Under the pieces are notes generated by a model. That model saw nothing but the letters and a program-made list of their open reading frames with translations, ran no database searches and had not been told where the DNA came from. The translations under genes and the position numbers were made by a program. Shown here piece after piece: positions 9,769-21,972 of a stretch of 64,000 nucleotides of DNA. Every line of letters starts with the position of its first letter. Position 1 is the first letter of the stretch. Source of the DNA: an uncultured Gaiellales bacterium (GTDB lineage: Bacteria > Actinomycetota > Thermoleophilia > Gaiellales > Gaiellaceae); NCBI GenBank assembly GCA_964591295.1, contig CAZQAG010000005.1:8400-72399 (forward strand), in the 5' to 3' direction.

Positions 9769-10142
9769 GTGGACGGAGAGCCGCCAGACGGACGGCGCTG
9801 TTCCTCCTCTATCAGTGGGACGTGACCGGCCAGCCGCTCGCCTCGCTCTACGAGGGCGAGATCGATCCCTTCGCGCGTGAGCTCGCAGAGGCGGTTGCGC
9901 CAAAAGCCTCCGAGCTCGACGCGAAGATCACCGAGGCCTCCGAGGAGTGGACTGCGGACCGGCTGGGCGCCCTCGAGCGCAACGTCCTGCGGATCGGGAT
10001 CTACGAGCTCGAGGACGGAGACGTTCCGGTCGAAGTGGCGATCGACGAGGCGGTCACTCTGGCCAAGCGCTACGCCTCCGACGAGGCGGGCCGGCTCGTG
10101 AACGGGATCCTCGGCCGGATCGCGAAGGAGAAGGCCGCATGA
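9765..10142 (+). CDS. nusB: Transcription antitermination factor NusB
   Basis: RRTALFLLYQWDV..., ERNVLRIGIYEL and AIDEAVTLAKRYASDEAGRLVNGILGRI match NusB. ATGA start overlaps the accC stop. The long upstream part of the tracked ORF from 9093 is out of frame relative to accC and was rejected. Confidence 0.85.
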   Translation: MSGRRAARRTALFLLYQWDVTGQPLASLYEGEIDPFARELAEAVAPKASELDAKITEASEEWTADRLGALERNVLRIGIYELEDGDVPVEVAIDEAVTLAKRYASDEAGRLVNGILGRIAKEKAA

Positions 10143-10324
10143 CCGGTGCCGAAGACGCATTGACGAAAGCGGAGGAGCTGCTCGACCGGCTCGAGCGCAC
10201 CCGCGTACGCCTCGAGGAGACCAAGGACCCAGAGGCGGCGATCGACATCCTCGGCGAGCTCGCCGAGATCGCGAAGCAGGTCGAGACCGAGCTCGAGCGG
10301 GCGCGGCGCGAAGCAGGCGAGTAG
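10139..10324 (+). CDS. Small coiled-coil protein at the xseB position (possible exonuclease VII small subunit-like)
   Basis: 61 aa. The ATG overlaps the nusB stop and its own stop overlaps the next start. The helical, acidic sequence (AEELLDRLE...AIDILGELAEIAKQVETELERARR) is loosely XseB-like. No xseA is adjacent. Confidence 0.4.
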   Translation: MTGAEDALTKAEELLDRLERTRVRLEETKDPEAAIDILGELAEIAKQVETELERARREAGE

Positions 10325-11100
10325 TGCCGGGCCTGGACGAGCACCGCGAGCTATTCGAGGCGTTCCTCGCGAAGCTCCCGTTCGCCCCGGAGCTCGAGGC
10401 GCTGACCGAGGCCATGCGCTACAGCCTCGATGGTGGCGGCAAGCGGATCCGGCCCGTGCTCTGCCTGGCCTGCGGTGAGGCGACAGGGTCGCGTCCGGAA
10501 GATCTCTTGCCGGCCGCCGCCGCAGTCGAGCTCGTGCACACCTTCGGCATGGTTCACGACGACCTGCCCGCTCTAGACGACGACGCGATCCGGCGCGGTC
10601 GTGCTACCTCTCACGTGCAGTACGACGAGGCGACGGCGATCCTGAACGGCGACGCCCTGCTCGCCCAGGCGATGGAGCTCGCCCTCTCGTACCCCACGCC
10701 GGCCGTCGCCCGTGAACTGACACACGCGACGCTCGGGATGATTGGCGGCCAGTACGACGACATCAGGGGCGGGGACGACGACCTGGCGCGGCGGCATGCG
10801 CTGAAGACCGGCCGCCTGTTCGAGGCGGCCGTGGGCTGCGCTCTCGCGGTGAGCGAGGTGCGTGAGGAGGAGCAGGCGCCGTGGCGGGGCTTCGCAGCCG
10901 AATTCGGGCTCCTCTACCAGGTCGTGGACGACGTGCTCGACGAGGACGGCCTTGCCGAGCAGCTCGGAATCGGGCGCGCCCACGAGCTCGCGGACGAGAT
11001 CGCGCAGAGAGCCCGGGCACGACTGGCCGAGATCCCGGCTGACACGTCCCTGCTGGACGAGCTCGTTTCGGGCCTAAAAAGCCGAGCCACGGCGAGCTAG
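10324..11100 (+). CDS. Polyprenyl (farnesyl/geranylgeranyl) diphosphate synthase
   Basis: The first Asp-rich motif is VHDDLPALDDDAIRRG and the second is YQVVDDVLD. KRIRP is also present. The position matches ispA in the nusB...recN gene order. Confidence 0.85.
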   Translation: MPGLDEHRELFEAFLAKLPFAPELEALTEAMRYSLDGGGKRIRPVLCLACGEATGSRPEDLLPAAAAVELVHTFGMVHDDLPALDDDAIRRGRATSHVQYDEATAILNGDALLAQAMELALSYPTPAVARELTHATLGMIGGQYDDIRGGDDDLARRHALKTGRLFEAAVGCALAVSEVREEEQAPWRGFAAEFGLLYQVVDDVLDEDGLAEQLGIGRAHELADEIAQRARARLAEIPADTSLLDELVSGLKSRATAS

Positions 11101-11110
11101 CCTTGCGTCC

Positions 11111-11875
11111 GTGCGCAAGCGGCTGGACGTGCTGCTCGTCGAGCGCGGCCTCGCCGAGAGCCGGGCGCAGGCCCAGGCGCTCGTCATGGCCGGCCTCGTG
11201 CCCGGGTACGCGAAGGCGGGCCAGCAGGTGGACGAGTCGGCCGAGCTCGTCGTCGAGAGTCCTCCCAGGTTCGTCTCACGCGGTGGCGAGAAGCTGGCTC
11301 ACGCGCTGGACGAGCTCGGCGTCGAGGTGGCAGGGCGAGATGCGCTCGACGTCGGCGCTTCAACCGGAGGTTTCACCGATGTGCTCCTCCAGCGGGGCGC
11401 CGCGCGCGTGATCGCGCTCGACGTCGGACGCGGCCAGCTGCACCAGCGGCTCCGCGTGGACGAGCGCGTGACCGTGCTCGAGCGGACGAATGCGCGCGAG
11501 CTCGAGTCGTTGCCGTACGCGCCCGACCTCGTCACCTGTGATGTCTCCTTCATCAGCGTTCGCACTGCGCTGCCCCCGGCACTTGCGCTCGCCCGGCCGG
11601 GCTGGGAGGCGCTCGTGCTCGTCAAGCCGCAATTCGAAGCCGGTCGCGACGAGGTGCGGAAAGGTGGGGTCATCCGGGACCCGGAGGTTCACCGTCGCGT
11701 CCTGCGCGAGGTCGCCGAGGCCGCTCTCGCCTGGCCGGCCGAGACGGTCGGCGTCGTAGACTCGGGCTTGCCCGGCCCCAAGGGAAACCGGGAGTTCTTC
11801 CTGCACCTCGTCCACCGCGCAGACCCGTCGCTCCCCGATCAGCTCGATGACTGGATCAGAGACGCCACCCGCTGA
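11111..11875 (+). CDS. tlyA: TlyA-family rRNA 2'-O-methyltransferase (S4 domain + FtsJ-like)
   Basis: RLDVLLVERGLAESRAQAQALVMAG forms the S4-like part. VSRGGEKL, LDVGASTGGFTDVLLQRGA, DVSFIS and LVKPQFE form the methyltransferase part. Confidence 0.85.
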   Translation: MRKRLDVLLVERGLAESRAQAQALVMAGLVPGYAKAGQQVDESAELVVESPPRFVSRGGEKLAHALDELGVEVAGRDALDVGASTGGFTDVLLQRGAARVIALDVGRGQLHQRLRVDERVTVLERTNARELESLPYAPDLVTCDVSFISVRTALPPALALARPGWEALVLVKPQFEAGRDEVRKGGVIRDPEVHRRVLREVAEAALAWPAETVGVVDSGLPGPKGNREFFLHLVHRADPSLPDQLDDWIRDATR

Positions 11876-12695
11876 GCCCGTACGCACGGCCGCCGTCGTC
11901 ACGCACGGAAACCCCGAGGCGATCGGCGAGGGCCTAGCGCAGCTCGAACGGGTTTCCCGCGAGGGAGGCGTCGAGCTCTTCTACCCGAAGGACGAGGCCG
12001 AGAAGCACGACCGGGCGGACGCGGACTTTCACAAGGTCGACCTCGTGGTGGTGCTCGGCGGCGACGGGACGATGCTTCGCGCACTCCGGCGGACGCTCGG
12101 CACCGGCATGCCGGTCGTGGGCGTGAACTTCGGCGAGGTCGGGTTCCTGACGTCGATCAAGGCGAAAGCGCTCGAGGACGGCCTGAAGCGTGTATTTGCC
12201 GGCGAGTACGTCGTCGCCGAGTTGCCGACCCTCGACATCGAGGCGGGAGCCGAGCGCCACGCGGCGATCAACGACATCGTTGTCGCGAGCTCGGTCATCG
12301 GGCGCATGATCCAGCTCGGCTGGGCCGTCGGCGGCGAAGACCTGGGCGTGGTCCCCTGCGACGGTGTCCTCTGCTCGACCCCGTCCGGGTCGACCGGCTA
12401 CAATCTGTCGAACGGCGGCCCGGTCCTCGTCTGGGGCCTCGAGGCGCAGGTGGTCACCTTCATCGCGCCCCACTCGTTGCACGCGAGACCTCTCGTCGTG
12501 CCGCGTAGCCGCGACGTCGAGATCGAGAACCGCACGCACGACGTGCCGGCGGCTGTTCTCGTCGACGGCCGGCCGGTGGGGGAGCTCACAGCCGGCGAGC
12601 GTGTCGTCGTCCGGCTAGGCGAGCAGTCGAGCCTTCTGGCGCATCTGCCCGAGGCGACGTTCTTCCGCCGTTATCGGGAGACCTTTGCTTCGTAG
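11847..12695 (+). CDS. nadK: NAD kinase
   Basis: DLVVVLGGDGTMLRA, GVNFGEVGFL, NDIVV and STPSGSTGYNLSNGGP are NAD kinase motifs. The start overlaps the tlyA end by 29 nt and is uncertain. Confidence 0.85.
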   Translation: MTGSETPPAEPVRTAAVVTHGNPEAIGEGLAQLERVSREGGVELFYPKDEAEKHDRADADFHKVDLVVVLGGDGTMLRALRRTLGTGMPVVGVNFGEVGFLTSIKAKALEDGLKRVFAGEYVVAELPTLDIEAGAERHAAINDIVVASSVIGRMIQLGWAVGGEDLGVVPCDGVLCSTPSGSTGYNLSNGGPVLVWGLEAQVVTFIAPHSLHARPLVVPRSRDVEIENRTHDVPAAVLVDGRPVGELTAGERVVVRLGEQSSLLAHLPEATFFRRYRETFAS

Positions 12696-14310
12696 GCTTC
12701 GGATCGAGAACCTCGTGCTCATCCGCGAGGCCGATCTCGAGCCTGGCCCAGGCCTCAACGCGATCACGGGCGAGACGGGAGCGGGAAAGACGATCCTCGC
12801 CCAGGCAATCGGCCTCTTGCTCGGAGCCAAGGGCGAGGCCGGCTACGTGGGGCCGGGCGCCGACGAGGCGTACGTCGAGGCCGAGTTCGAGCTTCGCCCG
12901 GGGCTGCTCGAAGAGGAGGGCCTGGAGGCGCTGGCGGAGCTACGGCCCGAGGGGGAGGAGGGGCTGGTGCTTGCGCGCCGCGTGTTTGCCGACGGTCGCA
13001 CTCGCGCGTACGCGTGGGGCCGAACCGCCGCTCGTGAGGATCTCGCCGCGGCCGGCGAGCGGTTGATCGCGATGTCCGGCCAGTTCGAGCAGCGCCGCCT
13101 CGCCAGGCCGTCCTACCAGCTCGATGTCCTCGACTCGTTCTCGGGCGACGAGCAGCTCCGGCTCCGCGCCGAGCTCCGGTCCGCCTGGCGCGAGCTTGGA
13201 GCGACCCGCCGGCGCCACGAGGAGCTCGGGCAGGGCGCCGCCGCCGAGGAATCTCGGCTGGCCGAGCTGCGCGCGCTCGTCGAGGATACGGAGGGCCTCG
13301 CCCCGGATGCCGACGGCGCGCTTCGCGGCGAGCGGGAACGGCTTCGGCACGTCAACGAGCTGGCGCAAGCGGCGAACGACGCTGTGCAGGCGCTCTCGCC
13401 CGACGAAGGTGAGGGCGCCGCCGGTCTTGCAGGCCGTGCCGAGCGGACCCTGGGGGCGGTGGGCGCAATCGCCCCCGAGCTTGCACAGGCGGCCGGGGAG
13501 CTCCGAGACGCCGAGCTTCGGCTGAGCGAGACGGCGCTCGAGCTACGGCGATTCCTGGACACGCTGGAGGCCGAGCCCGACCGGCTCGAGCAGGTCGAGT
13601 CGGAGCTCGAGCGGATCTCCGAGACGAAACGGCGCTTTCGATGCGAGTCGTTTCAGGAACTCATAGCGCGTGCCGCAGACGCTCGCACCGAGCTCTCGGC
13701 ACTCGAGGACGGCGCCGATCCGCTGGCTGCCGCCTCGGCCGCGCTCGCGAAGGCCGAGAAACGGGTGCAGACGCTGACGAAGAAGCTGGGGGCGAACCGA
13801 AGCGCGGCGGCGGGGCCGTTTGCCGATGCCGTCGAGGCCGAGCTCCACGGGATCGGCCTCGGCGAAGGCGAGTTCCGGGTCGAGCTGCGCGAGCGGGAGC
13901 CCGGTCCGACCGGCTCCGACGAGCCCGCCTTTCTCATCCGACCCAACGCCGGGCTTCCCTTCGCGCCGGTTGCTCAGACAGCCTCGGGCGGGGAGCTGTC
14001 GCGGATCGCGCTCGCGATTGCCGCCGTCGCCGGTGGCGAGACAATGGTCTTCGACGAGATCGACGCCGGGATTGGGGGCCAGACCGCGCACGCAGTCGGC
14101 GAGACGCTGCGCCGTCTCGGCGAGCGCACGCAGGTGATCACGATCACGCACCTACCGCAGATCGCGAGCGTCGCCGAGCGTCATTTCAGCGTCGAGAAGA
14201 TCCCCGGCGACCCGACGCACACTCGCATCGAGCGGCTTGACGAAGACAGGCGGCAGGAGGAGCTCAAGCGGATGCTCGGCGGCCAGGAGTTCCTGCAAAC
14301 CGTGAGATGA
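12685..14310 (+). CDS. recN: DNA repair protein RecN
   Basis: MLRRLRIENLVLI, a Walker A motif (ITGETGAGKTIL), a long coiled coil, the SMC signature (ASGGELSRIALAI) and Walker B (MVFDEIDAGIGG) are present. TTG start. Confidence 0.9.
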   Translation: MLRRLRIENLVLIREADLEPGPGLNAITGETGAGKTILAQAIGLLLGAKGEAGYVGPGADEAYVEAEFELRPGLLEEEGLEALAELRPEGEEGLVLARRVFADGRTRAYAWGRTAAREDLAAAGERLIAMSGQFEQRRLARPSYQLDVLDSFSGDEQLRLRAELRSAWRELGATRRRHEELGQGAAAEESRLAELRALVEDTEGLAPDADGALRGERERLRHVNELAQAANDAVQALSPDEGEGAAGLAGRAERTLGAVGAIAPELAQAAGELRDAELRLSETALELRRFLDTLEAEPDRLEQVESELERISETKRRFRCESFQELIARAADARTELSALEDGADPLAAASAALAKAEKRVQTLTKKLGANRSAAAGPFADAVEAELHGIGLGEGEFRVELREREPGPTGSDEPAFLIRPNAGLPFAPVAQTASGGELSRIALAIAAVAGGETMVFDEIDAGIGGQTAHAVGETLRRLGERTQVITITHLPQIASVAERHFSVEKIPGDPTHTRIERLDEDRRQEELKRMLGGQEFLQTVR

Positions 14311-15452
14311 GCACGCTTCGAACCTTCGTCGAGCACACGGGCCCCGCGCGGCTCGACCGGCGCACGAAGAACCTCGTCCGCCGGCTCGAGCCCGACGACG
14401 TGGCGATCATCGACCACACCGACCTCGACCGCGTTTCGGCCGAGGAGCTGCTCGAGTCGGGCGTACGCGTCGTCGTGAACGTCGCGTCCTCTCAGACCGG
14501 TCGGTTCCCCAACCCCGGCCCGCTGCTCCTCGTCCGCGGCGGCGTGCGCCTGATCGACGCGCCCGACGCGGACCTCTTCGATCAGGTCTCGGACGGCGAG
14601 CTCCTAACTGTCCGCGGAGCGAGCATCTTCCGGAACGGCACGTGCCTCGCTTCGGGCCGCGCGCTGGAGGCGGAGGAGCTGGCGAGGGCCCTTGCGGAGC
14701 AGCAGCGAGGTGTGACCGAGGCGCTCGAAGCGTTTGCGGACAACACGCTACGCCACCTGCGGGAAGAGGGGCGTTTCCTCACCGAGGGGATCGACTTTCC
14801 GGGCCTGAAGACGCGGTTTCGCGACCGCCACGCGCTCGTCGTCGCGCGCGGACCAGGACACAAGCGCGACCTCCAGATCGTCCGCCCCTACATCCGTGAT
14901 TTCAAGCCGGTGCTCGTCGGGGTCGACGGCGGGGCTGACGCGCTCCTCGAGGCCGGGTACGAGCCGCACGTGATCGTGGGCGACATGGATTCGGTCTCCG
15001 ACCAGGCGCTCCGCTCCGGCGCCGAGCTGCTCATCCATGCGTACCACGGAGGAGAGGCGCCTGGCGCCGCCCGCGCGGAGCGTCTCGGCCTGGCGTACGA
15101 GATCGTGCCTGCGACCGGGATCAGCGAGGACGTCGCGCTCCTGCTCGCATACGAGAAGGGCGCCCAGCTGATCGTCGCGGTCGGGACTCACTTCAACATG
15201 ATCGAGTTCCTCGAGCGCAACCGCGCCGGCATGTCGTCGACGTTTCTCACGCGGCTGAGAGTGGGGGAGGTGCTGATCGACGCGCGGGGGGTCTCGCGGC
15301 TCGTGAGCCGCCAGGTCGGCGTGTGGCCGCTGATCGCCTTCACGGCGGCCGGCCTGGGCGCGATCACCGCCGCCGTGCTGGTCTCGCCCGACCTCCGCGA
15401 GTTGATCGACCTGCTCGGCGCTCGCCTCCTCGACCTCGTCGGATTGCGCTGA
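14307..15452 (+). CDS. steA: SteA-like putative cytokinetic ring protein (thiamine pyrophosphokinase-like domain, C-terminal TM)
   Basis: RLDRRTKNLVRRLEPDDVAIIDHTDLDRV and GDMDS are present, with a C-terminal hydrophobic helix. The gene lies directly after recN, as in Actinobacteria. Confidence 0.75.
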   Translation: MSTLRTFVEHTGPARLDRRTKNLVRRLEPDDVAIIDHTDLDRVSAEELLESGVRVVVNVASSQTGRFPNPGPLLLVRGGVRLIDAPDADLFDQVSDGELLTVRGASIFRNGTCLASGRALEAEELARALAEQQRGVTEALEAFADNTLRHLREEGRFLTEGIDFPGLKTRFRDRHALVVARGPGHKRDLQIVRPYIRDFKPVLVGVDGGADALLEAGYEPHVIVGDMDSVSDQALRSGAELLIHAYHGGEAPGAARAERLGLAYEIVPATGISEDVALLLAYEKGAQLIVAVGTHFNMIEFLERNRAGMSSTFLTRLRVGEVLIDARGVSRLVSRQVGVWPLIAFTAAGLGAITAAVLVSPDLRELIDLLGARLLDLVGLR

Positions 15453-15474
15453 ACTCGCTTCGCTTCGCTTGCTT

Positions 15475-15501
15475 CACGGGGGAACCCCTGGTTCCCCCGT
15501 G
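15475..15501 (+). terminator. Perfect 11-bp stem hairpin (CACGGGGGAAC-CCCTG-GTTCCCCCGTG) after steA
   Basis: Read directly from the sequence, 23 nt after the steA stop. There is no clear U-tract, so this would be a GC-type terminator. Confidence 0.5.
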
Positions 15502-15693
15502 GGCCCCCTCCTTGCGACCGGCTTGGCTGGCGAAGGCTCAGTGGGCCGGTAGCCGCGGTCGCGATTCAACCGCGCGTAGTGGGCCTCCCGCCGGGCAAAG
15601 CCCGGCTCCGGCGGCGAGATGGGGGGGTGTTCTCCGAGAGGGGCTTTGAGTGGGGCGACCGGGGACGCGGCCAAACCGTGACAATCATGGGCA

Positions 15694-16122
15694 GTGCGAA
15701 TCGAGGCGCAGAGAGAGCTGATCGCTCCCCGCGGTGACGTCTGGGCGCTCCTGGCCGAGCCGCGTCACCTCTCCGACTGGTGGCCCGAGTACACGACGGT
15801 CAGGCCCGATCGGCGCGGCTTTGCCGAGGGCGCGCGCTGGCAGATCACCCGAGGCGGTTCGCCGGGCTTACTCCGCCGGCCGGGCGGTGAAGGGCTGATC
15901 GTCGTGACTGCGGTCGAACCCTCCCTCCGTTTCGCCTGGCACGACCTCCAGCAGCATTTCGAGGCCGAGATCCGGCTCGAGCCCGCGCCCGACGGCCACA
16001 CCCGCGCGATGCTCGCCATCGAGGCTTCCCCGTGGCGGCTCGTCGCCGAGGGGCTCCGCCCGACGCCCCGGAAGGCGCTCGCCCGTCTGCACGCCCTTTG
16101 CCAGACTGCGGCCAGTATCTAA
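15694..16122 (+). CDS. SRPBCC-superfamily (polyketide cyclase/AHSA1-like) protein
   Basis: 142 aa. The N-terminal pattern I.APRGDVWALLAEPRHLSDWWP is typical of SRPBCC ligand-binding proteins. The call is by pattern only. Confidence 0.55.
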   Translation: MRIEAQRELIAPRGDVWALLAEPRHLSDWWPEYTTVRPDRRGFAEGARWQITRGGSPGLLRRPGGEGLIVVTAVEPSLRFAWHDLQQHFEAEIRLEPAPDGHTRAMLAIEASPWRLVAEGLRPTPRKALARLHALCQTAASI

Positions 16123-16969
16123 ATGTTCGACCTTCGCTATCACGTGGCCTCGCTTGCGGCGGTCTTCGTCGCGCTCCTGATCGGGATCCTGGTCGGCGTC
16201 GCCATGAGCGGAAAGGTGGACGACGCCGAGAAGCGAAGCCTCGAGAGCGAGGTCAACCGTCTCGACGCCGAGCTCGACTCGGCTCGTGAGAGTCGCTCGA
16301 GGGTGACGAGAGAGCAGAACGCGATCCGCGCGTTCGTCAAGAACGCGTACCCCTCTCTCATCGCCGACCGGCTGCGCGGCAAGCGGATCGCGATCCTGTT
16401 CGTCGGCACCGTCGACGCCGGCGTCCGGCAGGACATCGAGGGCACGCTTGCGGACGCGGGTGCGAGCACGCCGGTACGCATGCAGGCTCTCAAGATTCCG
16501 ATCGAAGCGGAGACCGTCGAGAACAGGCTCACCGGTGACCTCAGGCAATACCGTAGCGCCGGGCTCGACGAGCTCGGGCGTGCGCTCGCGCGAGAGCTCG
16601 TCGACGGCGGGGAGGCGCCGGGCTGGAACGCGCTGACCTCGGTGCTCGTCGTCGAGAAGGCCGGAAGCTTTCGACGGGTCGCTGACGGTGTGGTCGTCGC
16701 GCGAACGGTCGAGCCACAGAAGAACGAGACCGCACAGTTCCTCTCGGGCCTCTATGCAGGCCTCGCGGACATCGACGTCCCGACGATCGGTGTGGAGACA
16801 TCGGATGTCAGCCAGTCAGCGGTCGAGGCCTGGAGCGAGGCCGGGCTCTCGACCGTTGACGACATCGACGCCCCCGCCGGACGGCTTGCGCTCGCGCTCC
16901 TACTTGCGGGAAGCCCCACTGGGAACTACGGGGTGAAAGAGTCGGCCGGCGACGGGATCGTCCCGCCGG

Positions 16970-19848
<2,879 letters not shown>

Positions 19849-19868
19849 CGCAGCCCTAAGATCGCGGG

Positions 19869-20996
19869 GTGCCGAACGACGAGGTCGTCTCGCTCTTCAC
19901 CGAGCTTGCCGCTCTGCCGAGCCCACCCGGTGAGGAGCGCGTCGTCGCCGACCGGGTCACCGCGTACCTGCGCGACCTCGGGCTCGAGGTGGCCGAGGAC
20001 GATTCCGGACCGCGGATCGGGTCGGATGCCGGCAACCTCTACACCCGGATCGCTCCCACCGACGAGACGGGGACGCCGCTCTTCCTCTGCGCCCACCTCG
20101 ACACGGTGCCGCCGGAGGGCGCGATCGAACCGGTGCTCGAGGACGGCATGATTCGCAACGCGGCCGGGACGATCCTCGGCGCCGACAACAAAGCGGCGGT
20201 TGCGGTCATGCTCGAGGCGGTTCGGCGCGTGCTGGCGGAAAACAGGCCGCACGGAGGGATCGAGCTCCTGTTCACGCCCAAGGAGGAAGTGGGCCTGCAC
20301 GGAGCAGCGGCTTTCGACGAGAAGCAGCTGCACGCCCGCGTCGGGTACGTCTACGACCAGGCCGCCCCGATCGGCGAGATCGTCCTCGGCGCTCCGTACG
20401 CTCATTCGATGGAGGTGCGCTTCCACGGGCGCGCCTCCCACTCGGGCATGTACCCGGAGGAGGGCCGCTCGGCGATTGCCGCCGCGGCGAAGGCGATCGC
20501 AGACTTCAAGCTCGGGCGCATCGACGAGGACTCGACAGCGAACGTGGGGATCATCAAGGGCGGCACCGCGGGCAACATCGTCCCGGAGTGGTGCTCGTTT
20601 CTCGCCGAGGCGCGCTCGCACGACCAGGAGAAGCTCGCCGACCTCGTGCGCGAGATGCTGGAGGCGGCGACGTTCGCCGCGGGGCTCGAGGACTGCCAGG
20701 TGGAGACGGAGGTGCACAAGAGCTACAGCGGCTACCGGTTCAAGCGGGACGACTTCGTCGTGAGCCTCGCGCGAACGGCTCTCGAGCGGGTCGGGTACGA
20801 GCCGTCGTTCACGTTGAGCGGCGGAGCGGCCGACGCGAACGTCTTCAATGACCGCGGCCTCGCCTGCGTCAACCTCGCGAACGGCATGGCCGAGATCCAT
20901 ACGCCCGACGAGCACATCGCAGTGGCCGATCTCGAGCGCATGGTCGACGTGACTCTGGCCCTCGTCGAGACTGCCCGCGAGACGGATGCCTCCTAG
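19869..20996 (+). CDS. M20-family metallopeptidase (tripeptidase/deacylase-like)
   Basis: LFLCAHLDTVPP, GADNKAAVAVMLEA and FTPKEEVGLHGA form the M20 metal-binding pattern. Confidence 0.8.
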   Translation: MPNDEVVSLFTELAALPSPPGEERVVADRVTAYLRDLGLEVAEDDSGPRIGSDAGNLYTRIAPTDETGTPLFLCAHLDTVPPEGAIEPVLEDGMIRNAAGTILGADNKAAVAVMLEAVRRVLAENRPHGGIELLFTPKEEVGLHGAAAFDEKQLHARVGYVYDQAAPIGEIVLGAPYAHSMEVRFHGRASHSGMYPEEGRSAIAAAAKAIADFKLGRIDEDSTANVGIIKGGTAGNIVPEWCSFLAEARSHDQEKLADLVREMLEAATFAAGLEDCQVETEVHKSYSGYRFKRDDFVVSLARTALERVGYEPSFTLSGGAADANVFNDRGLACVNLANGMAEIHTPDEHIAVADLERMVDVTLALVETARETDAS

Positions 20997-21972
20997 CCTC
21001 CGGCGGGGCACGGTCACAGCGGTGGTCGAGCGCCTCGAGGAGCTTGCGAGGATCGAGGTCGACGGCCGGCCGTGCGTGGCATATCCCCGGATCACAGGCC
21101 CCGTCGAGGCCGGCGACGAGGTGATCGTCAACGTCCAGGCACGCGAGCTCGGGCTCGGCTCGGGCGGGTTCGACGTGCTCTACGTGAACCTGACCAGGGG
21201 CCTCGATCTTGCGGCCGAGCCGGACGCTCACGTGATGACGCTTCCATATACGCCGCTGCAGGCGGCTGTGCGGCACGTCGAGGAGGACGGAGAGCTGGCG
21301 GAGAGCCTCGACGGCATGCCCGTCGTCTGCTGCTCGCTGCATTCACAGCTGGCGCCGGCCTGCGCGGGGATCGGCGAGGGCGTGCGCGTCGCGTATGTGC
21401 AGGTGGGCGGCGGGGCGCTGCCCGTCTCGTTGTCCGACTCGCTCCGCGCGTTGAAGAAGCGCGGTTTGGTCGAGATAGGGATTGCGAGCGGGCCCTGCTT
21501 CGACGGCGACGCCCAGGCAGTCGGTGTCGCCTCGGCGCTCGCCTGGGCGGCGGCCGAGGGCTTCGCGATCGCGGTCTGCGCCGTCGGGCCCGGAATCGTC
21601 GGCACCGGCTCGTCGCTCGGACACGGCGGAGTGGCCGCAGCCGAGGCGGCGAACGCCGCGAGCGCGCTCGGCGGCTCGCCCGTGCTGGCCGTGCGGGTGT
21701 CCGAAGGCGATTCGCGGGAGCGCCACCACGGCGTCTCTCACCACACGCGAGCGGTGCTCGACCTGGCAATCGGCGACGTCACGGTGGCGTGGCCGGCCGG
21801 CCTCGAAGCCCCGGGGTGGCTCACCGGCGCGGAGGAGGTGGACGTCGCAGGGTGGCGCGAGGAGTCCGCGGGGCTTCCGCTCGAGCACATGGGCCGGGGG
21901 CCTGACGAGGATCCGTGGTTCTTCGCCTCCGCGTTCGCCGCCGGGAGGCTTGCCCGGCGGCTGGCCGGGTGA
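20986..21972 (+). CDS. Conserved hypothetical protein (DUF3866-like)
   Basis: 328 aa with good coding bias, overlapping the preceding peptidase stop. The N-terminus IEVDGRPCVAYPRITGPVEAGDEVIVNVQARELGLGSGGFDVLYVN resembles DUF3866. The family assignment is from memory only. Confidence 0.5.
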   Translation: MPPSLRRGTVTAVVERLEELARIEVDGRPCVAYPRITGPVEAGDEVIVNVQARELGLGSGGFDVLYVNLTRGLDLAAEPDAHVMTLPYTPLQAAVRHVEEDGELAESLDGMPVVCCSLHSQLAPACAGIGEGVRVAYVQVGGGALPVSLSDSLRALKKRGLVEIGIASGPCFDGDAQAVGVASALAWAAAEGFAIAVCAVGPGIVGTGSSLGHGGVAAAEAANAASALGGSPVLAVRVSEGDSRERHHGVSHHTRAVLDLAIGDVTVAWPAGLEAPGWLTGAEEVDVAGWREESAGLPLEHMGRGPDEDPWFFASAFAAGRLARRLAG

